Both the position numbers and the translations under genes were made by a program. From Mytilus edulis (Eukaryota), in contig NC_092352.1 in the NCBI RefSeq assembly GCF_963676685.1, positions 54,994,001 to 55,058,000 on the forward strand: 64,000 nucleotides of DNA. Direction: 5' to 3'. Below, one piece after another: positions 52,524-64,000 of this stretch. Under the pieces are notes generated by a model. That model worked only from the letters and a program-made list of their open reading frames with translations. It did no database searches and was not told the origin of the DNA. The number at the start of each line of letters is the position of its first letter. Position 1 is the first letter of the stretch.

Positions 52524-53907
52524 CTGAAATGGGATAAATTTTGCATATTTATAAACGTCAGTTCTAATCAATTAAACTTATAATGCGCAAAGGATATGAT
52601 AATAGTATATTTGATGCTAATATATATATATGTGTGTGTGTGCATGTGCGTGTGTTAAGCATCATTACCATTTTTGACAGCATGATGTTTCACCTTGTGT
52701 TTTTTATTCAATTCAAATTTAGAAACAAATTGCAAGGAAACTACGATCAAATTTAAGTTGCTGTTAACTACTTTGCATGCATGGTACCTTGACGATCTTT
52801 TATTTCATGATTTATTGCTTACATGTATTACATTTCTTTGGAAAAAATCGTTTCTTTTGGGTAAAATAAAATATTTGACATTGAAAACATCTTAGCAAAA
52901 ATGAATAAAGATACTGCTGTTTTAAAAGCAAGAAGCTGCAGAGATTACAGAACGAATGACATTGAATAAAACGTAAAATTGTGATTAATTTTGGTAATAA
53001 AAAATAGATAAATATAACTTTTTATGCATAATATTTATCCCTTCTTGCAGTACGAGAGGTTCATTGTTCTTTTACGCTAACGAGATTTCCAAGACCATGT
53101 GATTGATTTTGTACCTAAGTGACCTTTCTTGCAGTCTTGGCACAATTCAACATGTCGAAAACTCATTATACTCTATGCATAAAAATAACACAGCGTTATA
53201 ATTCATAGTTCTGTAAAACGTTGTCATTTACTTGTCTAAAATTACACAGTTGTAATTAGTGGTTTCCAAACTTCAAAGAAAATTATTATTAAAAACACCA
53301 TCCAAGTGGAATTCCAGAAATAAGAACAATACATAGACCTAACACTACGATAACATAAAAAAAAATATCTGCATACATAATGACGGTCTGGGATAAAGCT
53401 TGCCATACGCTATTTCGATTATTGAAAATATATATGTTTTGTCTGCTCATTGTAATTGGTTGCAGAAGTTTTTTTAGGTGACGAACTCTGATGATGCACT
53501 GTTGGCATCGCTGCAACGTGGATGTCAATGAGGAAACTGCAGTTTTAGTGTAAACAATGCATTCATATTGTAGATTTAACAGGACATGTACAATATGAAC
53601 TCGAAAATCATCTGGAAACTGATATATTAAGCACTAAAACGGATCGCAAGGTTCCGAGATCGATCGAGGCGATATCGAAAATCATAAGTAATGAATATTT
53701 ATCAAATATTTAGTGGCTGTTTGAGACAAACAGCCACTAAATATTTATGGTCTTTTTTCGTTTGTTTTTTTTATTTGCGATGGCGTTGCCACGTGTTTGA
53801 ATGTCCCTATGGTATCTGTCGCTTCTCTTTCATAAATAACTTTAACTCCATCAATATAAATAAAAGCTCATATTTATTTAAAATTTCCCTAATTTCTAAA
53901 AATTATA

Positions 53908-54225
53908 TGAAGACAAATGTAATGCTCTGTAAAGCATTTCGTGTATCAGATTTATATATGTATTTCTACTTCATTCCAAAGTATACCATGTTTAAAGAGC
54001 ATTGATAGCCATGAAGACATATATAATGCTCTGTAAAGCATTTCGTGTATCAGATTTGTATATATTTCTACTTCATTCCAAAGTATACCATGTTTAAAGA
54101 GCATTGATAGCCATGAAGACATATATAATGCTCTGTAAAGCATTTCGTGTATCAGATTTATATATATTTCTACTTCATTCCAAAGTATACCATGTTTAAA
54201 GAGCATTGATAGCCATGATGTCATA
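53908..54225. repeat. 102-104-bp tandem repeat, three copies, intronic
   Basis: aatgctctgtaaagcatttcgtg recurs at 53921, 54025 and 54127. Confidence 0.9.
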
Positions 54226-54574
54226 TTTATGTATGTTAACTTCAATTCTGAGGTAATTTTGATTGATTACCGTTTTTCTTAAACACGTTTGAACAACATA
54301 TGATCAGTTTCGAACCAAGTAGATTTAATACATTACTATTTAGTTTTCTTATAAACAAGAAAAAGGTTATAATATAGCTGCACGTGAGGGTTTATACGAA
54401 AATATGGTTATGAATATGTCTGACAGCTTTTCTCTATCAGAATTAGTGTAGTTCTTATAATTTCTCAGCTTGTGAAAAAAATAATGCAGAAGATATAATT
54501 TTTCAATTGAATAATTTAGCAGGTTTGCTAGTTGGTTAGTTGTGTATTATATCTGAATTAGTCGTCGAAAATAA

Positions 54575-54925
54575 AACCACCTCGGTGGTCCCATGCTTGC
54601 CTTGAGTGTTGCGGGAGGTCAGTTGTTCTAGACAGCCATTGGTTGGTTCAAATTAAAAGCCTAACATTTTGAATATACTGCTTCCCTCAAATTTTGTGAC
54701 ACAGGAGTAGTAATAAAAAAAGTCAACCCAAAATAAATATTGTATGTGCTACTTGGTTGACATGTCTATAGATTGTTGCTGTTTAAGCTAAGATTCCAAC
54801 ACGACAGCAGCATTCTTCTCGCAAGAGACTTGGTTCGTGATTAGGTCACATTAAGATTTTTCGACCTGGATATGCATGTAAAATTTGCCACTGTATGTGA
54901 AGGAACCCGATAATTTCAATTAATG
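54575..54925 (+). mobile_element. Highly degenerate SINE in an NDNF intron
   Basis: Remnant tRNA-like head (gcttgccttgagtg), tgcttc, gacatgtcta and 3' aaatttgccactg; weak support. Confidence 0.35.
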
Positions 54926-55438
54926 CTTTATTAATTTAAACAGTGTATACAACCATATTTATTCACCTTCTTGTGAAAAAAAAACCCACAAAAATAATAG
55001 GGTAGATAAAATACAGATCCATTCATTTTACGATATTAATACACAAAAGACCTTTTCACAAGGTTCAACAATAACCCCAATTAGAGATAGTAATAACATA
55101 ATTGAAAAGGTAGGAGAGTATTGTGGCTACCAGCATGTGTGGTCAAACAGTTTACTACTTTGATTGACAAGAAAGAAGTTAATTATGACTGTTTACATTT
55201 GTAAACGGTCATTGACATATTTGAGTCACTGTCCGCATTTTGATGACCTTAATGACATTGGCACATGGTGGTTGTTTCGAGTGTTTTTATTCGAAAACCT
55301 GGGGAACCCAACTGAACACTATCTGACTATACTTTTTACTCGACAAACCAGCTGAAATCCTTACATGAAAATAAAAAAAGGGAAGCTACCCAAAACAAAC
55401 CACCCCCTCCGAGGTTTTATAACTATATCAGTATTTAC

Positions 55439-55554
55439 CTTCATAATCCTTACTATCAGATATACTTTTATATAAAACACTTGATTCAACAGCAGACGCA
55501 CATGGGGTGATTTTCAACGATACTGGACTGTCTTCCTCGATCAGAAATAGTACC
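55439..55554 (-). CDS. NDNF: NDNF-like internal coding exon (116 bp)
   Basis: ttccag|G GTA...GAA G|gtaaat encodes VLFLIEEDSPVSLKITPCASAVESSVLYKSISDSKDYE, similar to vertebrate NDNF YFFVVEEDNTPLSVTVTPC. Its phase-1 end (G) joins the AT of the next exon to give GAT, in frame. Confidence 0.88.
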
Positions 55555-57917
55555 CTGGAAATAAATTACAAATGTATAATACATAGAAAAATATGACATC
55601 TCAATCTCTCCATTGTATCACCAGTGAACACTGAAAACAAAAACTTATTATTAGTTAATATTGGCTCTGAACTAGATGTCAGTAACAGTAAGTACTCTCA
55701 GATCTGTATTAAGTGTCGGGTTTGTTGTTGGGATGTATAAATACCCTGCCACTTCCGGTCTGTATTTTTGTTAGATGATTTTCTACATTGTATTATACTA
55801 GTAGTTTTAATGTTGTACTGTTACACCACACCACTGTCCCAGGTAGGATGAATGGTTTGATGCCTTCAAACAAGTTTAATCCCGCCATATTGTGTATGTA
55901 CCTCTCTCAAGCCAGGAGCCTGTGATTCAGTAATTGTCGTTCGTTGCTGTATATTATTTTGTTTTTCGATCAGTGTTCTTTGTGAATAAATCAGGCCTTC
56001 AGATTTTTTTTTTAAACTGTTTTGGCAATCAAAACACATTTTTTTTATTTATTAAAAGCCATTTATTGTGCTTATGTACCAAATCGAGAAATCTCGACCA
56101 TGTCTTGTTTTTTGTTGTTTGACTTTGTTTGCTTGTTTATTTTCTCAGAGGAGTCGGGTGTTTTCGTGGTTAGTCGAATATTTTCGTGGTTGGTAGGGTC
56201 TGTTTTAATGTCTTATATTTTCGGTAATTCAGGTTCTATGCGTTATTAAAGAAAAATCGACATGTCATTTTATTTTTGCCCCTTTTTGTGTCAGTGTTAT
56301 GTCTGTAATCGAAGTTTAAACCATTTTACACATGGTTTATAAGATGTGCGCTGAATTATTCAGAGTCGTTGCAGCATTTCATCTAAATTCACTTTCTGTC
56401 AGTTTGTCTTAGACAATACCAGAACGTTTCTATTTCAGGGTTGTATTTAATCCAGCGATTAACTTTGTTATGTCTAATGCAAAGTCTGTTGATTCTTTGA
56501 TAGCCTTTTTCATTTTCTTAACATCTTTTCAATCAATGTGAAATAAACGTTTATTATAAGAGAATTATAGAGTTGTTGAAAGGTGCAATGATTTCACAAA
56601 TGCATATGCAAAGATTCTTTTTTTAAACTCTAAATCTATCCTTGGAATGTGTAAATTACTTAAGAAATGCATTCCATCAAATCTTGAGTTCTTACTAATT
56701 GCGTAAATATACTATAAAAAGAATACTTGTCCTCACATAATTTCAAGGTCAAGAACACAGATTTTCAATATCAATGTCACATAATGTCAAGGTCAACATC
56801 GATGTGTTTAATTTAAACTCTATCACATTTCACATTAGAAAAAAAATTCTTACGGCAACATCTGACAAAAATTAGAAAAAGAAGATGCCAATAGTCGCTA
56901 AATCGAAAGCAACGTTAAATTAAGATGTCTAAACTTTGCAAATATTCATTAATATCTTGTGTTGCAATTCCAGGAGGCAAATAACGCCTTAAACTGTTCT
57001 CTTTTTGGGATATTATGCTTTTTTTAATTTTACATCTTAACCATGGTAACCACAATGGTGCTTGTTTCACCACAGAACACTTGATTTTTTAACACGGAAA
57101 TGTGTCCCGCGACTGTAACATAAAGTTCATGCACACTTTCATTACTATAAAATAAAATAAATCAGTCCTTAAAATTAACCTTTTGAAAATTTATTTTGAG
57201 ACAAAAGGTGTGCGGATGAATGGCCGAGGTATAATAAATTCCGCACTTTTACAATTTTGATGTAATACTATACATACGTATTCTTATTTACGGTGTGCTT
57301 GAACTTTGAGTGCAAGAGAAAATTGGAAAGTGCGTAATCTCGCAACCTTTCAATAACCGTAAAAGAAATTAATGAAATAATAGATCTGGATAATATCAGC
57401 GATGTAGCCTGTTCGGTAGCTGTAGTACAAGAAAATATGTTGACCAAAACCAATAGATAGCAAGATAGGAAGCTGGATTCGCATCATGTTGTAAAAAAGG
57501 GCGAACAAAATTCCGCCCAATTTTAGTAATTTATCATAGTTATAGTTATATAGTTATTATATAGTTATTATATAAAAACCACATTTACGTGCCATCATTT
57601 CAAGACGGCCTTGATCCATCGTATAAATTGGTACGCATTCTACGCCCCACCCCTGAAATTGTTCAACATACGGTTGTCTTAATAGTGTATGTATGTATTT
57701 GTTTTGTAATTGCTTGGCCCCTTATGCTTATTATTGTGCAAAACAATTTGTTATGTTAACTATTTATCTAAACCAGTGAACAGATATAGCGTTATCCACA
57801 ACAAGCCCCCAAAAAGGCCACCTTTATCTGTGATGAAGCACTTGCAGAACACATCATAATCAGAGTAAGGTAACAACTGACGAGGGAGTTTAAAATGTTG
57901 TATTAAACAATTTTAAA

Positions 57918-58110
57918 ACATGTGGAGCAGGATCTGCTTACCCTTCCGGAGCACCTGAGATCACACCAAGTTTTTATTGGGGTTCGTGTTGCTTAGTCTT
58001 TAGTTTTCTATGTTGTGTCATGTGTACTATTATTTGTCTGTTTGTCTCTTTCATTTTAGACATGGCGTTGTCAGTTTATTTTCAATCTATGACTGAGTTT
58101 GATTGTCCCT
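57918..58110 (+). mobile_element. Family A 3'UTR fragment
   Basis: acatgtggagcaggatctgcttacccttccggagcacctgagatc... Confidence 0.8.
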
Positions 58111-58179
58111 CTTGTATCTTTCACACCTTTACATTTATTTGCCATTCTACCTATCTTTTTATCATTGTCTTGAGTCATC

Positions 58180-58490
58180 TTTAAATAATTTTATTTTGGA
58201 TGTAACGCGTCTTCTGATTGGCTGACGTTATTTTGTTATGAGCCCATAGACATTATTTAGTCATGTGACCGTGACGTCATCAACGTTTTTTCATGGTTTT
58301 CTACGGTTTAAAATGGAATTTAGAATTAAATTATAGGAAATGACTGTAATATTTTTTCTGTCTATTCGAAATAACATAAAAAATGTGGTGCACACTGTTA
58401 AATAACCCGCTACGCGCGTTATTCAGTGTGCATCAAATGTTTTATGTTATTTCTTCATAGACAGAAAAAATATTACAGTCATTCCTTAAA
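58180..58490 (+). mobile_element. Non-autonomous element with a terminal ~150-bp hairpin (Crypton-like candidate)
   Basis: ttctgattggct near the 5' end; inverted repeat at 58335-58486. Confidence 0.55.
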
Positions 58491-61400
58491 TGATTATAAT
58501 CTAGTCACCGATTAAAAATTGCGTCATAAAGTTTTTAGAACCTTGAAATAAATAAAGGAAGACGTTTTAAATTTTAATGACATTAGAGTGAAATAATTTC
58601 AGGGGGAAATAACCTAGCTCTTTAAATAAAAACTTATGAAAAGTGTCAGTCCGGAAGACTCAGAGCTATATTAGACACAAAGGTATAGTCATAATCAAAA
58701 TATGACATCGGTTATAAGTAACATTCCTCATGTTTGATAAATACAGGAGCTTTATTGTAAACTAGCTTTGATATGGTAAAAAGCAAAAAAAAATATCTAG
58801 ACTATTTTTTAAAAAAACGAACAAAATATGAGCTTTAATAAATAAAAATTTACTTTTCAATATTTATTTCTAAATCGTAGATCATTAATACTCGTTTATT
58901 ACTAAACCTCTTGTTTTGACGTCTTATGTAAAACATTAAATACCTATTTATCATTATACCACTGCATACCTCATGTTTCAATATCGTGACCTTTTAATCG
59001 TGACCTTTTAGAATAACTTCCTTGATTCTCATATGTAAATTAGCTAAAAGTTAATAAACTTTATTCTTAGGAAACATTTTTTAGTTTTCCTCGTAAGTGC
59101 CAATCTTGAGGAAATTAATTAAATTATTCAATTAACATTTTCTCTTTTACACTTGATTCAAATAACTAAATCATGACAAATCACAGGGACCGTTATCTCG
59201 CGAGATAGAAGCTAAACCAGGAAAACAAATTTCGAAGTGTTATTTGGAAGTAGACGCTTTTGTTCTCATCAACCGACATTTTCTTTTCACTTAACATATG
59301 ACAGGCTTTTTGATGTCATGCAGTCCTAACTTCTAATGTTAGTGACTGTACTTTATAAAATATTTCAGTCATATATAAACGACTTCAATTGTAAAGGAAA
59401 ACAAAACACATGTATATGTGGTGGCGTTAAATTTGTGAGTGTTTATCAATCCCCTAAGAAAGATCTTTTTCAAAATACTATATTTTACTTCCTCTTCAAT
59501 ACATATTCTTTATTAATATAAACTTGTGTTTACAAATTATAACAACCATGTAAATCAATTAAACCACATCCTTACAACCTTGTAAAGTATATACTTTTTT
59601 CTATGCTATCATCAAATAGTAGTGAAAAAGCATTATGAAAAATATGATACCTCAATATGCACCTGAAAGGAGTATAAATCTTGAGTCCTTCTTATCTAAC
59701 GTGTTATAAATCCGAAGCGAGATGTATCTAATAATCATTACCATATCTAATTATCGTTTTTATTCGCTTTACCTGTCTTAGGTGCGCAGACAAAACGGTA
59801 AGAAAATGTACGACGTGTTATTAAAAGTGATAGTTTTACGGCAGCTAGAGTAATTTGAACAGATAATTAAACAGTGTGTAAAGAATCGGTCGTGTGCCCT
59901 AAAACGAGGCCATATTAACTAAATTATTTGTTTTTAAATGCAATTTTTACACATTTCTGTTTAGGGATCGGCTTAAGCATACCTCCGGGTGCGGGATTTT
60001 CTTGTTGTATTGACCCATTGGTGGCCTTCGGCTGTTTTCTGCTTTTTGGTCGGGTTGTTGTCTTTTTGACACATTTCCATTCTTAATTTTGTTTTTACAA
60101 TTAATTATGATAACTACAAAACATATAATATGTTTTATTTTTCATTTTTGAGTAATCTTTGTTCCATCTTCGCCCATATAGAATTCGACCTCGTAGGCTT
60201 CATGACAAATATGAGTGGCAGCTTAGCAGCTGAGATGTCTATTTCAGAATTGTGATTGAAATAAATCAGATTACCTCCTAGATCACATCACCCGACGTTT
60301 GAGTTTCTAATTCCGCCCTTCATTCCGGTTAAACCACTTTTCAAAATTCACCTACTTGATTTCTTTTTCTCATTTTGTGTATTCAAGAAATATTTGCCAC
60401 TTGACGTAGATCAAACTATTAATACCCGGGATACAAGCGGCGTATGATAGGCGATTCATGGATCTTATTTATTGTAAGTTGAGATTTTGGATTAAATGTT
60501 AAATTCATTTTGATACAGATACGCAATAGGTAAAACAAAATATAAAATAACAAAACCCAGACCATTATAAAAATTAGGAACAAAAAAACGTCAATTATAC
60601 ATGACAAAACAGCACTAATAAATGTTTCAAGCAACACATATTTTTTCACCAAATCCTATGAAAACTTAGGTCAAGGCTGATAGTTTGTAGCAAGGAAACC
60701 GAAATCTTACAAACGTTTAAAAAGAGTGATAAATGAAAGCCGTTATAACAGCACTTTTGAAGTTTGGACTTACTGCTGTGAGCAATGATCAGCTTAATGG
60801 ACGAATAATTAAATGCAAAGAGATTTGGTAATTAACTGCAATAAAAATGATGAAAGGATTTGCAGAGAGATGAAACTCGATTCACCTGTGAAGCCAATTA
60901 AGTAAACAAAGTGATGTCTATAAACAATAATTGCGGTTTCAGCTCACGTAATATTGAACTTGTTCCACCAACTCTAAAAAAAACCGTCCGATGACGAAAA
61001 GTCAGTGAATGGGTATCAGCGTATAACCTTCTACTTCTTAGTATGAGTCTCCTTTAATTAGGAGCACCTCTATATGAAGTTTTACCTTAATCTTAGGTCT
61101 ATGACTGATTGATTAAATGCTGTTAAACATCAAATAATTGGTAATCAGTAAATATTTATGACGAGAACAAGTAAAGACATTTATTTAGCCTATTTGCAAA
61201 ATGTCAAACTCGAAAATTAGACGTGCGATTTTGAAACTCAGTGAAACTCAGATAATGTCTATATATCGATAAGGGCAATAGTTACAGATTAGGAACTTTT
61301 CCAGAATCGTCCTCATTCCGACCAGACGATTCGCTATATCGCTGACAACATCTTGTATGAAATCTTTAAAATTTGCAAATTTATATGTTACATGTGGTAC

Positions 61401-63489
61401 TTGCAATGTGAGTTTTACCTTTCTTGCAATAGCAGCTTTGTCGTTGCAATTTAAGTACATGTAATTGTTCTCGATGGCAATCAAATCCGTTCAGGCTTGT
61501 CTTTGTTTTTTTTTGTTCTATTTGATATCGTCCTTTTTATTTTTCATGTTCCAATATTGTATGGAATCTATCTTTATGTAGATAATCTTTTTTCAACTTC
61601 CTCAAACTTTATGTATAAGTTGTGTTGACACTTATTGTTGCTTGATTGCATATGGTTGCTTAACGTCCAGTGGCAAATAGTTCATGCATGCATATTCGAT
61701 ATGACGGCCATTATTGACCATTCTCTCATATGATAACATCCACTGGTTTGTTAAATAGTTCGTTTACATTTTCATTTTTCTATCAGATTAAAATAAAATA
61801 CTATTCAGTCTCGTCCTGTAAGTCTAGCTTAAGTCTAACGCCAAATAAATGTACTTTGCTGGTTAAAATGACCTTGTACAGTAGAAATGTTAACGATTTG
61901 AGATCAAAAGCAAGAGATAACAATTCATTTCAGCGGCAGAAATTTGATGTATGTTACTGTCTGAAATTGACTATGATAAATCCTCAGAATCATTGCTCTA
62001 GACCTAAACAGTGGCAGATTAAACAAGAAATCAATAGTTGTTATGGCAGTTATGACAAATTACTGCAAGGTTATAATATATTGTTTTGATGAAAACGCAG
62101 TGTAGCATTTCTGCGGCTGACAAATATTGCATAACAAGGGTCCAATGTCGTAAAAAAAAAAAATCAACGAAATCTGATTAAATGAATAAATCCATTTGGA
62201 TTTTTTGCTTTGTAATGATATATGTTGTTAGTATAAGATTTATTATATGTAATAAAAACAAACGATGGAAGTCGTAATTCATTTCGTTTCGCCATTCATA
62301 TGAGTCTTCTTCCTTAAACACTATCATAGCATTTACTAAAATTGAAATTGAAAACGGAGAATATGTCAAAGACACCAACAACCCGACCAAAGTGCAGAAT
62401 ACAGCCAAAGGCCACATATGGCTATTCAAAGTAGCGAGAAAATCACGCACTCGGCGTCGGCGAGCTGGTCCCTACATACAACTTATTCAGCGAAGATGCA
62501 ATATTCGCATGTATATCAACCTTAATAGAAGCAAAGAACAATATTTATAAACTTTATAAGGCTTATTTTAATGAAAACGAAACTATTAAAACGTCAGTTG
62601 TTACCGTTTTTTCTGCAGGTTCTCTGGTAAATGTAAAAAATAATTTTAGACCTTTGAGATGTGCCCTAAATATATGATGACTTAATACAAATTCCAATTG
62701 GCTAATTTGTATAAAATAATTATTTCATAAACAACATTTTGATATACAGGAGGTGACAATTGTGAACAGCAATAATAACGAATCTGCAATATCATGTCTC
62801 CCTGGGCTAATTACATTTTAAATCTACAATACTATAAAATATAACACATTTCTCAATATAAAACAAACAATTCCAAATAAAAACAAATATCTCGGTGTTG
62901 GTCAATCTTATTTAAAAAGACACGAAATGAATGATTTTAATGTTTTAATCCTTTTATGGAATAAATGAGTGTTTATTTATTTTTAAAAAGCACAACAATA
63001 CCAGTATATCAACTATATACACTAGAGTAAATTTACTTAAGTGGATAAGTCCATTCACAATTTTCTCATAGTCTGATTCGACAAGTTAAGCCTTTATTGA
63101 ACTATGGTACAAAACAGCATAGATTGTATGGTTTTCTATCACTTGCTTAAATCCGATCCAGTTGTTTTTTCTGTTAGATAATTGTTTCATTGGCAATCAT
63201 ACCACATCTTCTAATTTTATAACACGCATTGTACATAAAAATTAAAGTGAAAATTGTGCACTATGCACCATTTAATGCTGAAAACCAGCCATCCCCATTT
63301 AAAAATTGTTACGGCCATTTTTCTTATATTGCTTCACAGCGGGTTTCAAACAGATTTAAATCGTTTACTACTGCTTATTTCTAAACATAAATACCTAAAG
63401 ACACCTTAAAACCGGAATTTTGATAGATTTTAGCACATTTAGAGTGTTTATCCAAAAATATCAAAGACATACATTCTTAACTAAAACCA

Positions 63490-63880
63490 AAATCTATTCT
63501 AAGAAATTCATAAATTGTTTTCAATTTATTTAAAAAGATGGCATTCGATGCATTTTACGATAATACATACAATTGTGTTCCTAGAAGTTTATGTCTCTTC
63601 AACAGTAATAAGTACTGCATACCACAGAATTTTCATAGGGGTTATATATTAATTTTGAGTAATGATATATAAGAAATGCATTTACTAAAAGCTTAATCTA
63701 CTCCAAGAAGTTCATAAAAAATGTTTGTTTTCAATTTTGATAAGAGATGGCATTCGATGAAACATTTTACAATAATGCTTACACGTTTTTGTCTTAATTT
63801 ATTTGTATGTCTCTTTAACAGCATAATGTATTGAATATTATCATGTACATTGGATATACATTTTTTATTTAAAAGTAAAG
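63490..63880. repeat. Degenerate ~205-bp tandem duplication
   Basis: aagaa.ttcataaa..gttttcaattt..agatggcattcgatg..atgtctctt occurs twice. Confidence 0.65.
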
Positions 63881-63907
63881 ATCAAATGAAACTAATTGGT
63901 AGCTACA

Positions 63908-64000
63908 TTTTGTACTTCCAGGCCAGATAAGACAAAATAAGATTTGTACTTCTTGGCCAGATAAGACAAAATAAGATTTGTACTTCTTGGCCAGATAAGA
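63908..64000. repeat. 34-bp tandem repeat running off the window end
   Basis: Unit gccagataagacaaaataagatttgtacttcttg. Confidence 0.9.

Noticed and set aside
53952-54245. Repetitive 97-aa ORF
   Set aside because: Produced by the 102-bp tandem repeat inside an NDNF intron.

Overview
AT-rich, repeat-dense eukaryotic DNA, almost certainly from a bivalve and probably a Mytilus mussel (inferred from its repeat families). The only supportable host gene is an NDNF-like gene (neuron-derived neurotrophic factor/Nord family) on the minus strand. Two spliced coding exons are visible (55439-55554 and 51169-52523); the signal-peptide exon was not found. The rest is mobile DNA: 5'-truncated Penelope-like retroelements with a C-terminal RT (Naiad-type, families A and B), related non-coding 3'-end families (C, D, E), ~356-bp repeats carrying minimal type-I hammerhead ribozymes (retrozyme-like), tRNA-derived SINEs, Kolobok- and Harbinger-type MITEs, Helentron-type elements, long-hairpin elements and tandem repeats. 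Family letters are my own labels and most repeat boundaries are approximate. The best candidate for something undescribed is a ~100-nt multibranch RNA module shared by families B, C and D, with compensatory stem changes, conserved loops and a family-specific palindrome at a fixed position.
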